DNA of 64,000 nucleotides, from positions 3,834 to 67,833 of the forward strand of contig DASTGP010000011.1 of NCBI GenBank assembly GCA_035605585.1. The letters are read 5' to 3'. This DNA is from Gallionella sp. Its GTDB lineage: Bacteria; Pseudomonadota; Gammaproteobacteria; Burkholderiales; Gallionellaceae. The translations under genes and the position numbers were made by a program. The notes beneath the pieces are model-generated. The model was given only the letters and a program-made list of their open reading frames with translations, searched no databases and was not told the DNA's origin. The stretch's first letter is position 1. Each line of letters opens with the position of its first letter. Below, piece by piece: positions 51,726 through 60,064 of this stretch.

Positions 51726-53156
51726 GTGGACAAGGAAGTCGAGCATAAGGAAGTCGGTGCTGTCACCAGCATTTATCACGAGTTTGAGAATTGGAATGTC
51801 AACAAGGGCGACAAGACCATACATGCCAAGCGCATGCCGGGGTTCTTCCGCACCGTAAAGAACTATACGCAATTGGCCCTGTGGCTTCCGTTCTTCCTGC
51901 TGCCCTACATGCGCTGGAACGGCAAGCAGGCAATTTTGTTCGATATCCAGAATCGCCAGTTCCACTTCTTCAATCTGACGGTTTTGCCGCAGGACATCTG
52001 GATGTTGTCGCTGCTCCTGCTGGTGCTGGCAATGACCCTGTTTGCGGTCACTTCCGTCGCATCGCGAGTGTGGTGCGGCTATTTCTGCTTCCAGACCGCC
52101 TGGACCGACTGGTTTACCTGGATCGAGGACAAGATCGAGGGGAATCCGACGGCGCGACGCAGGCTGGAAGAGGCTCCGTGGGACTTCGACAAGATCAAGA
52201 AGAAGGTCTCCAAACACTTCATCTGGATGGTGATTGCCCTGTTCACCGGCATCAGCTTCTCCGTCTGGTTCGTGGATGCCTATGATTACTGGCGCGACCT
52301 GGTACATTTCCAGTTGCCGATGGTGGGCTGGGTGGTCATTACCATGTTCTTCCTGGGCACCTACATTCTGGCCGGGCTGCTGCGTGAGCAAACCTGTTTC
52401 TGGCTGTGCCCATACGCCCGTATCCAGGGGGTGATGTCTGACGCGCAGACGATCTTGCCGACCTACGATTTCAATCGAGGCGAACCGCGCGGCAAGTTGC
52501 GCCGGGGCGGCGAGGTCGTGGCACAACAAGGTGACTGTATCGACTGCTTCCAGTGCGTTCAGGTCTGCCCGACGGGAGTGGACATCCGCGAAGGCCAGCA
52601 ACTGGGCTGTATCACTTGCGGCCTGTGCATCGACGCCTGCGACTCCATCATGGACAAGATCGGCAAGCCGCATGGCCTGATTCGTTATGCCTCGCTGGAC
52701 GAACTGGAGGGCAAGCCGGCGAAGAAGATGTACCAGCATCCCCGCACGCTCGTATATATCGGCATTATCCTTCTGGCGTTGGCTGGCATCGTGTATGGCC
52801 TGACGCACCTCGGGTCGATGACCTTGAAGGTGATTCCGGAGCGCCAGCCGCTGTTCGTGACGCTGAGCGATGGCTCGATCCAGAACAAGTACGAATTCAA
52901 GGTGCTTAACAAGACCGACAAGGACGTGTTTGTGACAGTCGCGGCTGTAGGCGGCATCAAGGGGCAGCAAGTCATCGGGGCCGAGAAGCCGTTGCTGACC
53001 CATCATGGCCGCGGTACCTCGTTCACCATTTTCGTCAAGGCACCCGGCGAGAACATCAAGCAGGAAGTGACCCCATTGGAGTTCCGTGTGCAGTCCGTCG
53101 ATGATCCGATGATCGCGGCCGAGTATTCGACGAAATTCAATGGCCCCAAGCATTAA
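51726..53156 (+). CDS. ccoG: cbb3 accessory protein CcoG/FixG
   Basis: RVWCGYFCFQT, CFWLCPYARIQ, CIDCFQCVQVCP, CITCGLCIDAC; GTG 51726 after GAGG. Confidence 0.96.
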   Translation: MDKEVEHKEVGAVTSIYHEFENWNVNKGDKTIHAKRMPGFFRTVKNYTQLALWLPFFLLPYMRWNGKQAILFDIQNRQFHFFNLTVLPQDIWMLSLLLLVLAMTLFAVTSVASRVWCGYFCFQTAWTDWFTWIEDKIEGNPTARRRLEEAPWDFDKIKKKVSKHFIWMVIALFTGISFSVWFVDAYDYWRDLVHFQLPMVGWVVITMFFLGTYILAGLLREQTCFWLCPYARIQGVMSDAQTILPTYDFNRGEPRGKLRRGGEVVAQQGDCIDCFQCVQVCPTGVDIREGQQLGCITCGLCIDACDSIMDKIGKPHGLIRYASLDELEGKPAKKMYQHPRTLVYIGIILLALAGIVYGLTHLGSMTLKVIPERQPLFVTLSDGSIQNKYEFKVLNKTDKDVFVTVAAVGGIKGQQVIGAEKPLLTHHGRGTSFTIFVKAPGENIKQEVTPLEFRVQSVDDPMIAAEYSTKFNGPKH

Positions 53157-53181
53157 CTACTGAATCCTGGAGTTAGAGAAA

Positions 53182-53697
53182 ATGATTTCACAGAGCAATA
53201 AGGCCGGTTTTCGAAATCCCTGGCTGATCGGCATGATAGGGCTGATCATAGTGGTGCTTGGGGTGAACATCACCTTCATCTGGTATTCGGCCAACGGCAG
53301 CCGCTCTTCGCTCGTCGATCAGGATTACAAGACCAAGGACCGCAAGGCGAATGAAGAGTTGTTGAAGGAGCTGCGCGAGCAGCAGGCGCTCGCTTGGCAG
53401 ACTTCCATCAAGAAGCCTTCATCGCTGGTCATGGGTACGCCCGCCACGTATGAAATCAGCGTGGTGGATCGCGACGGCAAGCCCGTGAGCGGAGCGATGT
53501 CGGTCGAGGCGTACCGTGCCTCGGATGCCAGCAAGGACTTCACCACCGAGTTCAAGGAAGTCTCTCCCGGCAACTATCAGGGGGCCATCAATTTTCCGTT
53601 GAAGGGTTACTGGGAGTTGCGCATCCATGTCAAAAGGGGGGAGGACGATTTCGGCGTGAATACCGACAGGTTCATGGTCGCCGAAACCGCACCGTAA
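53182..53697 (+). CDS. ccoH: FixH/CcoH-family protein
   Basis: RNPWLIGMIG, TM, LVDQDYK, YtkA-like LKGYWEL; between ccoG and ccoI. Confidence 0.85.
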   Translation: MISQSNKAGFRNPWLIGMIGLIIVVLGVNITFIWYSANGSRSSLVDQDYKTKDRKANEELLKELREQQALAWQTSIKKPSSLVMGTPATYEISVVDRDGKPVSGAMSVEAYRASDASKDFTTEFKEVSPGNYQGAINFPLKGYWELRIHVKRGEDDFGVNTDRFMVAETAP

Positions 53698-53704
53698 TCC
53701 TTCG

Positions 53705-56167
53705 ATGATGCAGTACCGCGAGCCCTCCGCCGGCGTTTGTTACCATTGCGGCTTGCCGATCGGTCCGGAGGCCGATTATCGCGCGGTGCTGGACGCGGCG
53801 GAGCGGCGTTTCTGCTGTTTCGGCTGTCAATCGGTTTCCACCGCCATCCATGAGGCGGGGCTGCAAGGCTACTACCAGCGCACTCCCGAGGGAGCGTTGC
53901 TCGCGCCGCCGCCCGAACCGCCGAAAGATGTAGAGATCTACGACTTCGACGAAGTGCAGCAGGAATTCACCACCTGCTCCGGCGATGTTCGCGACATCCA
54001 CTTGCTGGTTGAGGGCATCCACTGTGCGGCCTGCGTGTGGCTGATTGAACGCGGCTTGCAGCGCATCCCCGGCGTGATCTCCGCCAATGTCAACCTGGCC
54101 GCCAAGCGCCTGCACCTGCGCTGGGATAACAGCAAGAGCAAGCTTTCCGACCTGATACGCGCGCTTGCCAAGATCGGCTACGCAGCCGTCCCGTACGACC
54201 CGGAGAGTGCGGAGGGCTCGATCAAGAAGACCAACCGGGCCATGCTGTTCCGTCTGTTCTTCGCCGGCTTTGCCATGATGAACATGATGTGGATCTCCAT
54301 CGCGCTATACAGCGGCGCGAACCAGGACGAGTTCCGCGAGTTCTTCCACTGGATGGGGCTAGTGCTGGCCACGCCGACGCTGCTGTATTCCGGCTATCCC
54401 TTCTATCGCGGCGCCATCGGCGGGCTACGCGGCGGGCGTTTGACCATGGATATGCCCATTGCCATCGGCCTGTCCGTTACCTATTTGTACTCCCTGTATG
54501 TCACGGTCACCGGCAGCAAGACCGGGGAAGTGTATTTCGATACCGTTACCAACCTGACCTTCGTGATCCTGATTGGCCGTTATCTGGAGGGCATGTTCCG
54601 TCACCAGGCCGTGTCCGCCACCAAGCGCCTGATGGAGCTGCAACCGCGCGTCGCCATCGTGATGCGCGACGGGTTGGAGCAGATGACGCCGATACGGGGC
54701 GTGAAGCTGGGCGACCATGTCCTGATCAAGCCCGGACACAAGGTGCCGGTGGATGGCGTGGTGCTCGAAGGCCACAGCGCAGTGGACGAATCCATGCTGA
54801 GCGGCGAGTCGGTCCCGGTGAGCAAGGCGGCCGGCGCGCAGGTGTCTGCGGGCACGGTGAACACGACCGGCGCCCTGTTGGTCGAGGTGCGTTCGCTGTT
54901 GCAGGATACCACCCTGTCCAAGATCATCCGCCTGGTGGAGGAGGCGCAGTCCTCCAAGGCTCCGATCCAGCGGCTGGCCGATACCATCGTGCCGTGGTTC
55001 GTGCTGGTCACCCTGATCTGTGCTGCGTTGACCTTCTTCGTCTGGAATCAGCACGACTTCGAGGTTGCGCTGATGGCGGCGACTTCGGTGCTCATCATTA
55101 CATGCCCGTGTGCGCTGGGCATGGCGACGCCGATGTCCATTGCGGTGGCTTCCGGACTGGGGGCGAAACACGGCATCCTGGTCAAGAACGGGCTGGTGCT
55201 GGAGACGTTATCCAAGGTGACCCACTTCGTGTTCGACAAGACGGGGACGCTGACCGAGGGCAAGATGAGCGTCGCGCAGCTGCATGTCGCAGCCGGGAGC
55301 AACGAGCAAGAGGTGTTGAGCACTGCCGCTGCAGTGGAGCGCTACAGCGAACACAGCGTGGCAAAGGCCATCGTTGCGGAGGCGGATGCGCGGCAACTGG
55401 GTTATCGCGATATCGCCGTGGGTGGCTTCCATGCCACGGCCGGCTTGGGCGTGGAGGCGAGCGTTGCCGGGCAGGCACTGCTGTTAGGCAGCGCCGAATG
55501 GCTGGTCCGGCGCGGCATTGCCTTGGATGCCGAGCTGCAAGCCAGGGCGAATGAGCTGGAGGCGCAGGCGATGAGCTGCGTGCATGTTGCGCAAGGCGGG
55601 AAACATGTCGCCATTCTCGCGCTGGCCGACAAGTTGCGTTCCGATGCGCTGCAGCTGGTGAATGAATTGCGGGCGGAAGGCATCGCAATGACGCTGCTTT
55701 CCGGCGACCGCAGGCCGGTCGCCGAGGCCATTGCGCGACAACTGGGCGGCATGGATGTGATCGCCGAAGTGCTGCCGCAGGACAAGGATCAGGTGATCCA
55801 GAAATTGCAGCAGGCAGGTGCGGTGGTGGCGATGGTGGGAGACGGCATCAACGATGCGCCGGCGCTGATCCGTGCCGACGTCGGCATTGCGCTGGGGTCG
55901 GGCACGGACGTTTCAGTGGAAAGCGCCGACATCGTGCTGATGCACAACGAGTTGGACAAGGTGCGTCAGGCCGTACAGCTGTCGCGCCGCACCTTGCGTA
56001 CCATCAAGCAGAATATCGGGCTGTCTTTCGTGTATAACGCCATCATGGTGCCGCTGGCGATGATGGCCAAGGTCAGCCCGCTGGTGGCGGCGATCACCAT
56101 GCCGATCAGTTCGCTGGTGGTGATCGGCAATGCGGCGCGGATACGCACGCTGTTTAAGAACCAATAG
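53705..56167 (+). CDS. ccoI: Copper-translocating P1B ATPase CcoI/FixI
   Basis: CYHCG..CCFGC, HCAAC, SGES, CPC, DKTGTLT, GDGINDAP. Confidence 0.96.
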   Translation: MMQYREPSAGVCYHCGLPIGPEADYRAVLDAAERRFCCFGCQSVSTAIHEAGLQGYYQRTPEGALLAPPPEPPKDVEIYDFDEVQQEFTTCSGDVRDIHLLVEGIHCAACVWLIERGLQRIPGVISANVNLAAKRLHLRWDNSKSKLSDLIRALAKIGYAAVPYDPESAEGSIKKTNRAMLFRLFFAGFAMMNMMWISIALYSGANQDEFREFFHWMGLVLATPTLLYSGYPFYRGAIGGLRGGRLTMDMPIAIGLSVTYLYSLYVTVTGSKTGEVYFDTVTNLTFVILIGRYLEGMFRHQAVSATKRLMELQPRVAIVMRDGLEQMTPIRGVKLGDHVLIKPGHKVPVDGVVLEGHSAVDESMLSGESVPVSKAAGAQVSAGTVNTTGALLVEVRSLLQDTTLSKIIRLVEEAQSSKAPIQRLADTIVPWFVLVTLICAALTFFVWNQHDFEVALMAATSVLIITCPCALGMATPMSIAVASGLGAKHGILVKNGLVLETLSKVTHFVFDKTGTLTEGKMSVAQLHVAAGSNEQEVLSTAAAVERYSEHSVAKAIVAEADARQLGYRDIAVGGFHATAGLGVEASVAGQALLLGSAEWLVRRGIALDAELQARANELEAQAMSCVHVAQGGKHVAILALADKLRSDALQLVNELRAEGIAMTLLSGDRRPVAEAIARQLGGMDVIAEVLPQDKDQVIQKLQQAGAVVAMVGDGINDAPALIRADVGIALGSGTDVSVESADIVLMHNELDKVRQAVQLSRRTLRTIKQNIGLSFVYNAIMVPLAMMAKVSPLVAAITMPISSLVVIGNAARIRTLFKNQ

Positions 56168-56177
56168 AGGTGTTGCT

Positions 56178-56375
56178 ATGAATGTGATCTACAGTTTGAT
56201 TCCCGGCATGATGTTCTTCGGTGTCCTGCTCGTCGTGGTGCTGATTGTCGCGGTAAAGAAGGGGCAGTACGAGGACATGGAGGGTAGCGGCAGCCGCATC
56301 CTGCTGGATGACGACGAAGACATGATGCCGCACCCCGCCGGCCGGCAGGATGCGGTCAAGAAGGCTACTGACTGA
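56178..56375 (+). CDS. ccoS: cbb3 maturation protein CcoS/FixS
   Basis: TM then AVKKGQYEDMEG..RILLDDD. Confidence 0.9.
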   Translation: MNVIYSLIPGMMFFGVLLVVVLIVAVKKGQYEDMEGSGSRILLDDDEDMMPHPAGRQDAVKKATD

Positions 56376-57042
56376 TCAGTTCACCGTCCGCCAGCAGGGG
56401 GCGGGTCAGCTTGTCGAATTCTTTCGGCGGTACGTATTGCAGCAGGGGTTTTTCTTCCCCGCCCAGCGCGATATCGAGCCCGCTCTGTGGATACAGCCAG
56501 TGGATCACGCCGGTCTTCTTTTCCCGGACGCGCTGAGCCGGCTGGCCGAAACGCTTGAGGAACAAGTCCTCCTCCACGCGTGATCCGGGCATATAGGTCA
56601 GGCTGCTGATCGGCAGCGTGCGCAGCTTGGCAATGTCTTCAGGCGTCATGGTGATCTTCTTGCCGCTTCCAGTCGCAGCCATGCGCAGACCGCGTTCATA
56701 CATGGACAGCATTTCCGCATCAGGAACGGCGATCGTCAGGACGATCTTGGAGCGCAGCCCGGCCAGATCGACTTGCTCGAAGAACACTTCGGCGACCAGT
56801 TTTCCGTCAGGAGACTTGAAGAGGCTGGGCTTGGCCTCTTCCTTGAAGCGTTTTTCCGCATCGTTGGCGGTGGACTCTCCCAATGTCAGGCCGAAGACCC
56901 GCACGGTGTCCTGCGTGGAGTGCTCGATGTGCCAAGGCAAGTCTTCTTTCTTCCTGGGATCGCCCGGGATGAAAAAAGAGCCGACGAAGATCAGGACCGA
57001 CAGGATGCCGACCCACCAATAGATTTTGCGTTCAGTTGTCAT
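56365..57042 (-). CDS. Hypothetical membrane-anchored protein
   Basis: N-terminal TM, LPWHIE, VFGLTLG, HWLYPQSGL; coding-like codon pattern. Confidence 0.8.
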   Translation of the reverse strand: MTTERKIYWWVGILSVLIFVGSFFIPGDPRKKEDLPWHIEHSTQDTVRVFGLTLGESTANDAEKRFKEEAKPSLFKSPDGKLVAEVFFEQVDLAGLRSKIVLTIAVPDAEMLSMYERGLRMAATGSGKKITMTPEDIAKLRTLPISSLTYMPGSRVEEDLFLKRFGQPAQRVREKKTGVIHWLYPQSGLDIALGGEEKPLLQYVPPKEFDKLTRPLLADGELISQ

Positions 57043-57060
57043 GCGGGAGTCAAAGCCGGG

Positions 57061-57579
57061 TTATTGAGCCAGAACGGACTGCGCTTCCGGATCTTGTTCG
57101 ATGAGGCGTTTCGGCAACGTGCCGTGGCGAGCCTGGTACATGGAGTCGTTCCCCATGACGATCAGCACCAGCAGCGCCACCATGAATGGAAGCAATCCCA
57201 CGCCGCCGATCAGGGCGATGGTGGGGATCTTGGCCCAACCCATCATCTTGGAAAGCAGCAGGGCACTGCCGCAGATCGTGAGGGTCGCGGTCAGCAGCTT
57301 CATGAAGGTGCGGTTGCGCTTGGCGGCGATCCTCCAGTGCACCCTGACGAACCAGGTGTCGCTGGCGACGGTGGCACTGCGGGACTTGAGCTCGATATAG
57401 CCGATGATGCAGAACGAAGTGACCGGAACGACCAGTACGAAATACGGGAAGGTACTGAATACGCCCAGCGTGGAAGCGAACACCAGGATATGGTTGAATA
57501 CCAAATTGATCAGGAAGATCTCATGCGGCCACTTGGCGCGCGTCGATTCTTCGAGCGAAACGCTGAATTGTTGATGCAT
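57061..57579 (-). CDS. Hypothetical integral membrane protein
   Basis: Strong AAGGAG RBS; four hydrophobic segments; PHEIFLINLVFNH. Confidence 0.8.
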   Translation of the reverse strand: MHQQFSVSLEESTRAKWPHEIFLINLVFNHILVFASTLGVFSTFPYFVLVVPVTSFCIIGYIELKSRSATVASDTWFVRVHWRIAAKRNRTFMKLLTATLTICGSALLLSKMMGWAKIPTIALIGGVGLLPFMVALLVLIVMGNDSMYQARHGTLPKRLIEQDPEAQSVLAQ

Positions 57580-57621
57580 TTTCCTCTCCTTGGGTGGTTA
57601 TTCCGGGGCTAAGCGTCGCGC

Positions 57622-57650
57622 AGCATACCTACTTTAAGGCGGGATGTGAA
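57622..57650 (-). promoter_or_regulatory. Candidate sigma70 promoter for the two hypothetical genes
   Basis: Minus strand TTCACA-17 bp-TATGCT. Confidence 0.5.
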
Positions 57651-57670
57651 TGAGGCACAAAACCGTGCAC

Positions 57671-58429
57671 TCATTTCCCCACGAAACCGTGCAGGCGCGG
57701 CAGGTCGAGGATCTCCACCGACCGTACCTTGACGCTGATCAGGCCGTCTTCCTGGAAATGGGAGAATGCCCGGCTGACGGTTTCCAGCTTCAGTCCCAGA
57801 TAGCTGCCGATCTCGCGGCGCGACATGCGCAACTGGAAGCTGGTCGGCGAGAGGCCGCGTGCCGCAAAGCGCTGAGACAGGTTGAGCAGGAAGGCGGCGA
57901 GCCGTTCCTCGGCACGCATCGAGCCGAGCAGCAGCATGATGCCCTGGTCCCGCACGATCTCGCGGCTCATGATCTTGTGCAGGTGGCGCTGCAGGCTGGG
58001 CATCTCGCGGCTCAGGGCCTCCAGTTTGTCGAACGGCAGCTCGCAGACCTCGCTGTCCTCCAGCGCGACCGCGTCGCAAGTGTGGTGTTCGGTGCTGATC
58101 GCATCCAGGCCGATGATCTCGCCGACCATCTGGAAGCCGGTCACCTGCTCGCGCCCGTCCTCGTGCAGCACCTGGGTCTTGAACGAGCCGCTGTGGATGG
58201 CGTACAGCGCCTGGAACTTGTCCCCGCTGCGATACAGGTAGTCGCCGCGCGCGTAGCCGCGCTTGAGGTGGCTGATCTCGTCCAACAGCTGCATTTCGTC
58301 CTCGCTCAGGCCGACGGGCAGGCAAAGCTCGCGCAGGTTGCAGTTGGAGCAGGCGATTTTTAGGCGTGAGGGCGAAACGGGTCGTTGCACGTCGAGATAT
58401 CCGGTTTGTTTCGATTGCCAATATGACAC
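57671..58429 (-). CDS. fnr: Fe-S oxygen sensor Fnr/Anr
   Basis: CSNCNLRELC plus fourth Cys (HHTCD), HTH EIGSYLGLKLETVSR; start may be 58390 rather than 58429. Confidence 0.95.
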   Translation of the reverse strand: MSYWQSKQTGYLDVQRPVSPSRLKIACSNCNLRELCLPVGLSEDEMQLLDEISHLKRGYARGDYLYRSGDKFQALYAIHSGSFKTQVLHEDGREQVTGFQMVGEIIGLDAISTEHHTCDAVALEDSEVCELPFDKLEALSREMPSLQRHLHKIMSREIVRDQGIMLLLGSMRAEERLAAFLLNLSQRFAARGLSPTSFQLRMSRREIGSYLGLKLETVSRAFSHFQEDGLISVKVRSVEILDLPRLHGFVGK

Positions 58430-58434
58430 GGATT

Positions 58435-58476
58435 TTGATATATATCAAACTAATATACTCGGTTAACTGTCATAGT
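58435..58476 (+). promoter_or_regulatory. Consensus FNR box between divergent fnr and hemN
   Basis: TTGAT-ATAT-ATCAA (58435-58448); TG-T-CATAGT at 58468-58476 fits -41.5 geometry for hemN. Confidence 0.85.
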
Positions 58477-58503
58477 TCGCGGCACAATTTTTGGGGAAAT
58501 TCA

Positions 58504-59898
58504 ATGGATAAGGAAGTCAATCAACTGGTGGTGGATCTGGAGCTGATACGCAGGCTGGACAAGAACGGCCCGCGCTATACCTCCTATCCCACGGCAGACC
58601 GCTTCGTCGAGGCGTTCAATGCCGAAAGCTACCGCCAGTGGGTGGCCAAGCGCGAGATCGGCGGCATCGCCCGCCCGCTGTCGCTGTATATCCATATCCC
58701 GTTCTGCAACACGCTGTGCTTCTACTGCGCCTGCAACAAGGTCATCACCAAGGACCGCAGCAAATCCGCCGAGTACGTGCGCTACCTGCTCAAGGAAATG
58801 GCGATGCAGGCAGAACTGCTTGGCCCGGGCCAGGTCGTCGAGCAGCTGCACTTTGGCGGCGGCACGCCGACCTTCCTCAGCGACGACGAGATCCGCGAAG
58901 TGATGGCGGCGATCCGCAAGCATTTCAAGCTGGTGGAGGATGGCGAATATTCCATCGAGATCGACCCGCGCAAAGTCAGCGACGACACCATCGCGCTGCT
59001 CGGACAGACGGGCTTCAACCGCATCAGCATCGGCGTACAGGACTTCGACGAAGAGGTGCAGAAAGCGGTGAACCGCATCCAGAGCGAGGAAGAGACGCTG
59101 CGCATCATCCATGCCGCTCGCGGAAACGGCTTCAAGTCGGTCAGCATCGACCTGATCTACGGCCTGCCCAAGCAGACGCTGGAAGGTTTCGGCAAGACCC
59201 TGGACAAGGTGATCGCCGCCAACCCGGATCGCCTGTCGATCTACAACTATGCGCACATGCCGACCATCTTCAAGCCGCAGCGCCGCATCAACGATGCGGA
59301 CATGCCCGCCGGGCAGTTGAAGCTGGACATCCTCAGCATGGCCGTGAACAAGCTGACCGCCGCCGGATATGTCTATATCGGCATGGACCACTTCGCCAAG
59401 CCGGAAGACGAGCTGGCCGTGGCGCAGCGCCAGGGACGTTTGCACCGCAACTTCCAGGGTTATTCCACCCATTCCGATTGCGACCTGGTGGCACTGGGGG
59501 TGAGCGCCATCGGCAAGATCGGCCCGACCTATAGCCAGAACTACCGCGAACTGGAAGATTACTACGACGCTCTCGACCGCAACGAGTTGCCCATCATGCG
59601 TGGGCTGGAACTGAATGCCGACGACCTGGTGCGCCGCGCGATCATCCAGGCGCTGATGTGCCACTTCGAGATTTCCAAGGAATCGTTCAATATCGCCTAC
59701 CTGATCGACTTCGACCAGTACTTCGCCACCGAAATGGTCGAACTGCGCGAGTACGAGCGCGAAGGCCTGCTGGAGATCTCGCCGCAATGGATCAGCGTCA
59801 CGCCCAAGGGCCGCATGTTGATCCGTAACATCTGCATGGTGTTCGACAAGTACCTGCGGACTCGCACCGAGCACGCTCGTTACTCCAAGGTAATCTGA
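58504..59898 (+). CDS. hemN: Oxygen-independent coproporphyrinogen III oxidase
   Basis: GPRYTSYPTA, CNTLCFYC, HFGGGTPT, GMDHFA, HRNFQGY. Confidence 0.97.
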   Translation: MDKEVNQLVVDLELIRRLDKNGPRYTSYPTADRFVEAFNAESYRQWVAKREIGGIARPLSLYIHIPFCNTLCFYCACNKVITKDRSKSAEYVRYLLKEMAMQAELLGPGQVVEQLHFGGGTPTFLSDDEIREVMAAIRKHFKLVEDGEYSIEIDPRKVSDDTIALLGQTGFNRISIGVQDFDEEVQKAVNRIQSEEETLRIIHAARGNGFKSVSIDLIYGLPKQTLEGFGKTLDKVIAANPDRLSIYNYAHMPTIFKPQRRINDADMPAGQLKLDILSMAVNKLTAAGYVYIGMDHFAKPEDELAVAQRQGRLHRNFQGYSTHSDCDLVALGVSAIGKIGPTYSQNYRELEDYYDALDRNELPIMRGLELNADDLVRRAIIQALMCHFEISKESFNIAYLIDFDQYFATEMVELREYEREGLLEISPQWISVTPKGRMLIRNICMVFDKYLRTRTEHARYSKVI

Positions 59899-60018
59899 AA
59901 ACCTACTGCGCGACGCCGATTGCGGCGTTGCGCGGTGCTCGAAATCCTCATGTACTAAATGTACATTCCGGTTTCTCTGCGCCGTGCGCCTTGCACTCAA
60001 GCCGCTCGCTACGGTTTT
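59897..60018. repeat. Second member of the 9.5-kb repeat family (same ends, different core)
   Basis: AAACCTACTGCG start and CCGTGCGCCTTGCACTCAAGCCGCTCGCTACGGTTTT end match 9522-9533 and 9679-9715. Confidence 0.75.
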
Positions 60019-60064
60019 GCCTCCGCTATAATCCACCTCCCCTTTCCTGTGTGAGGCGAAGAAC

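Noticed and set aside
58450-58456. CTAATAT half-site matching the ArsR operator beside the FNR box
   Set aside because: A single 7-mer in an AT-rich spacer with no partner arm; likely chance.
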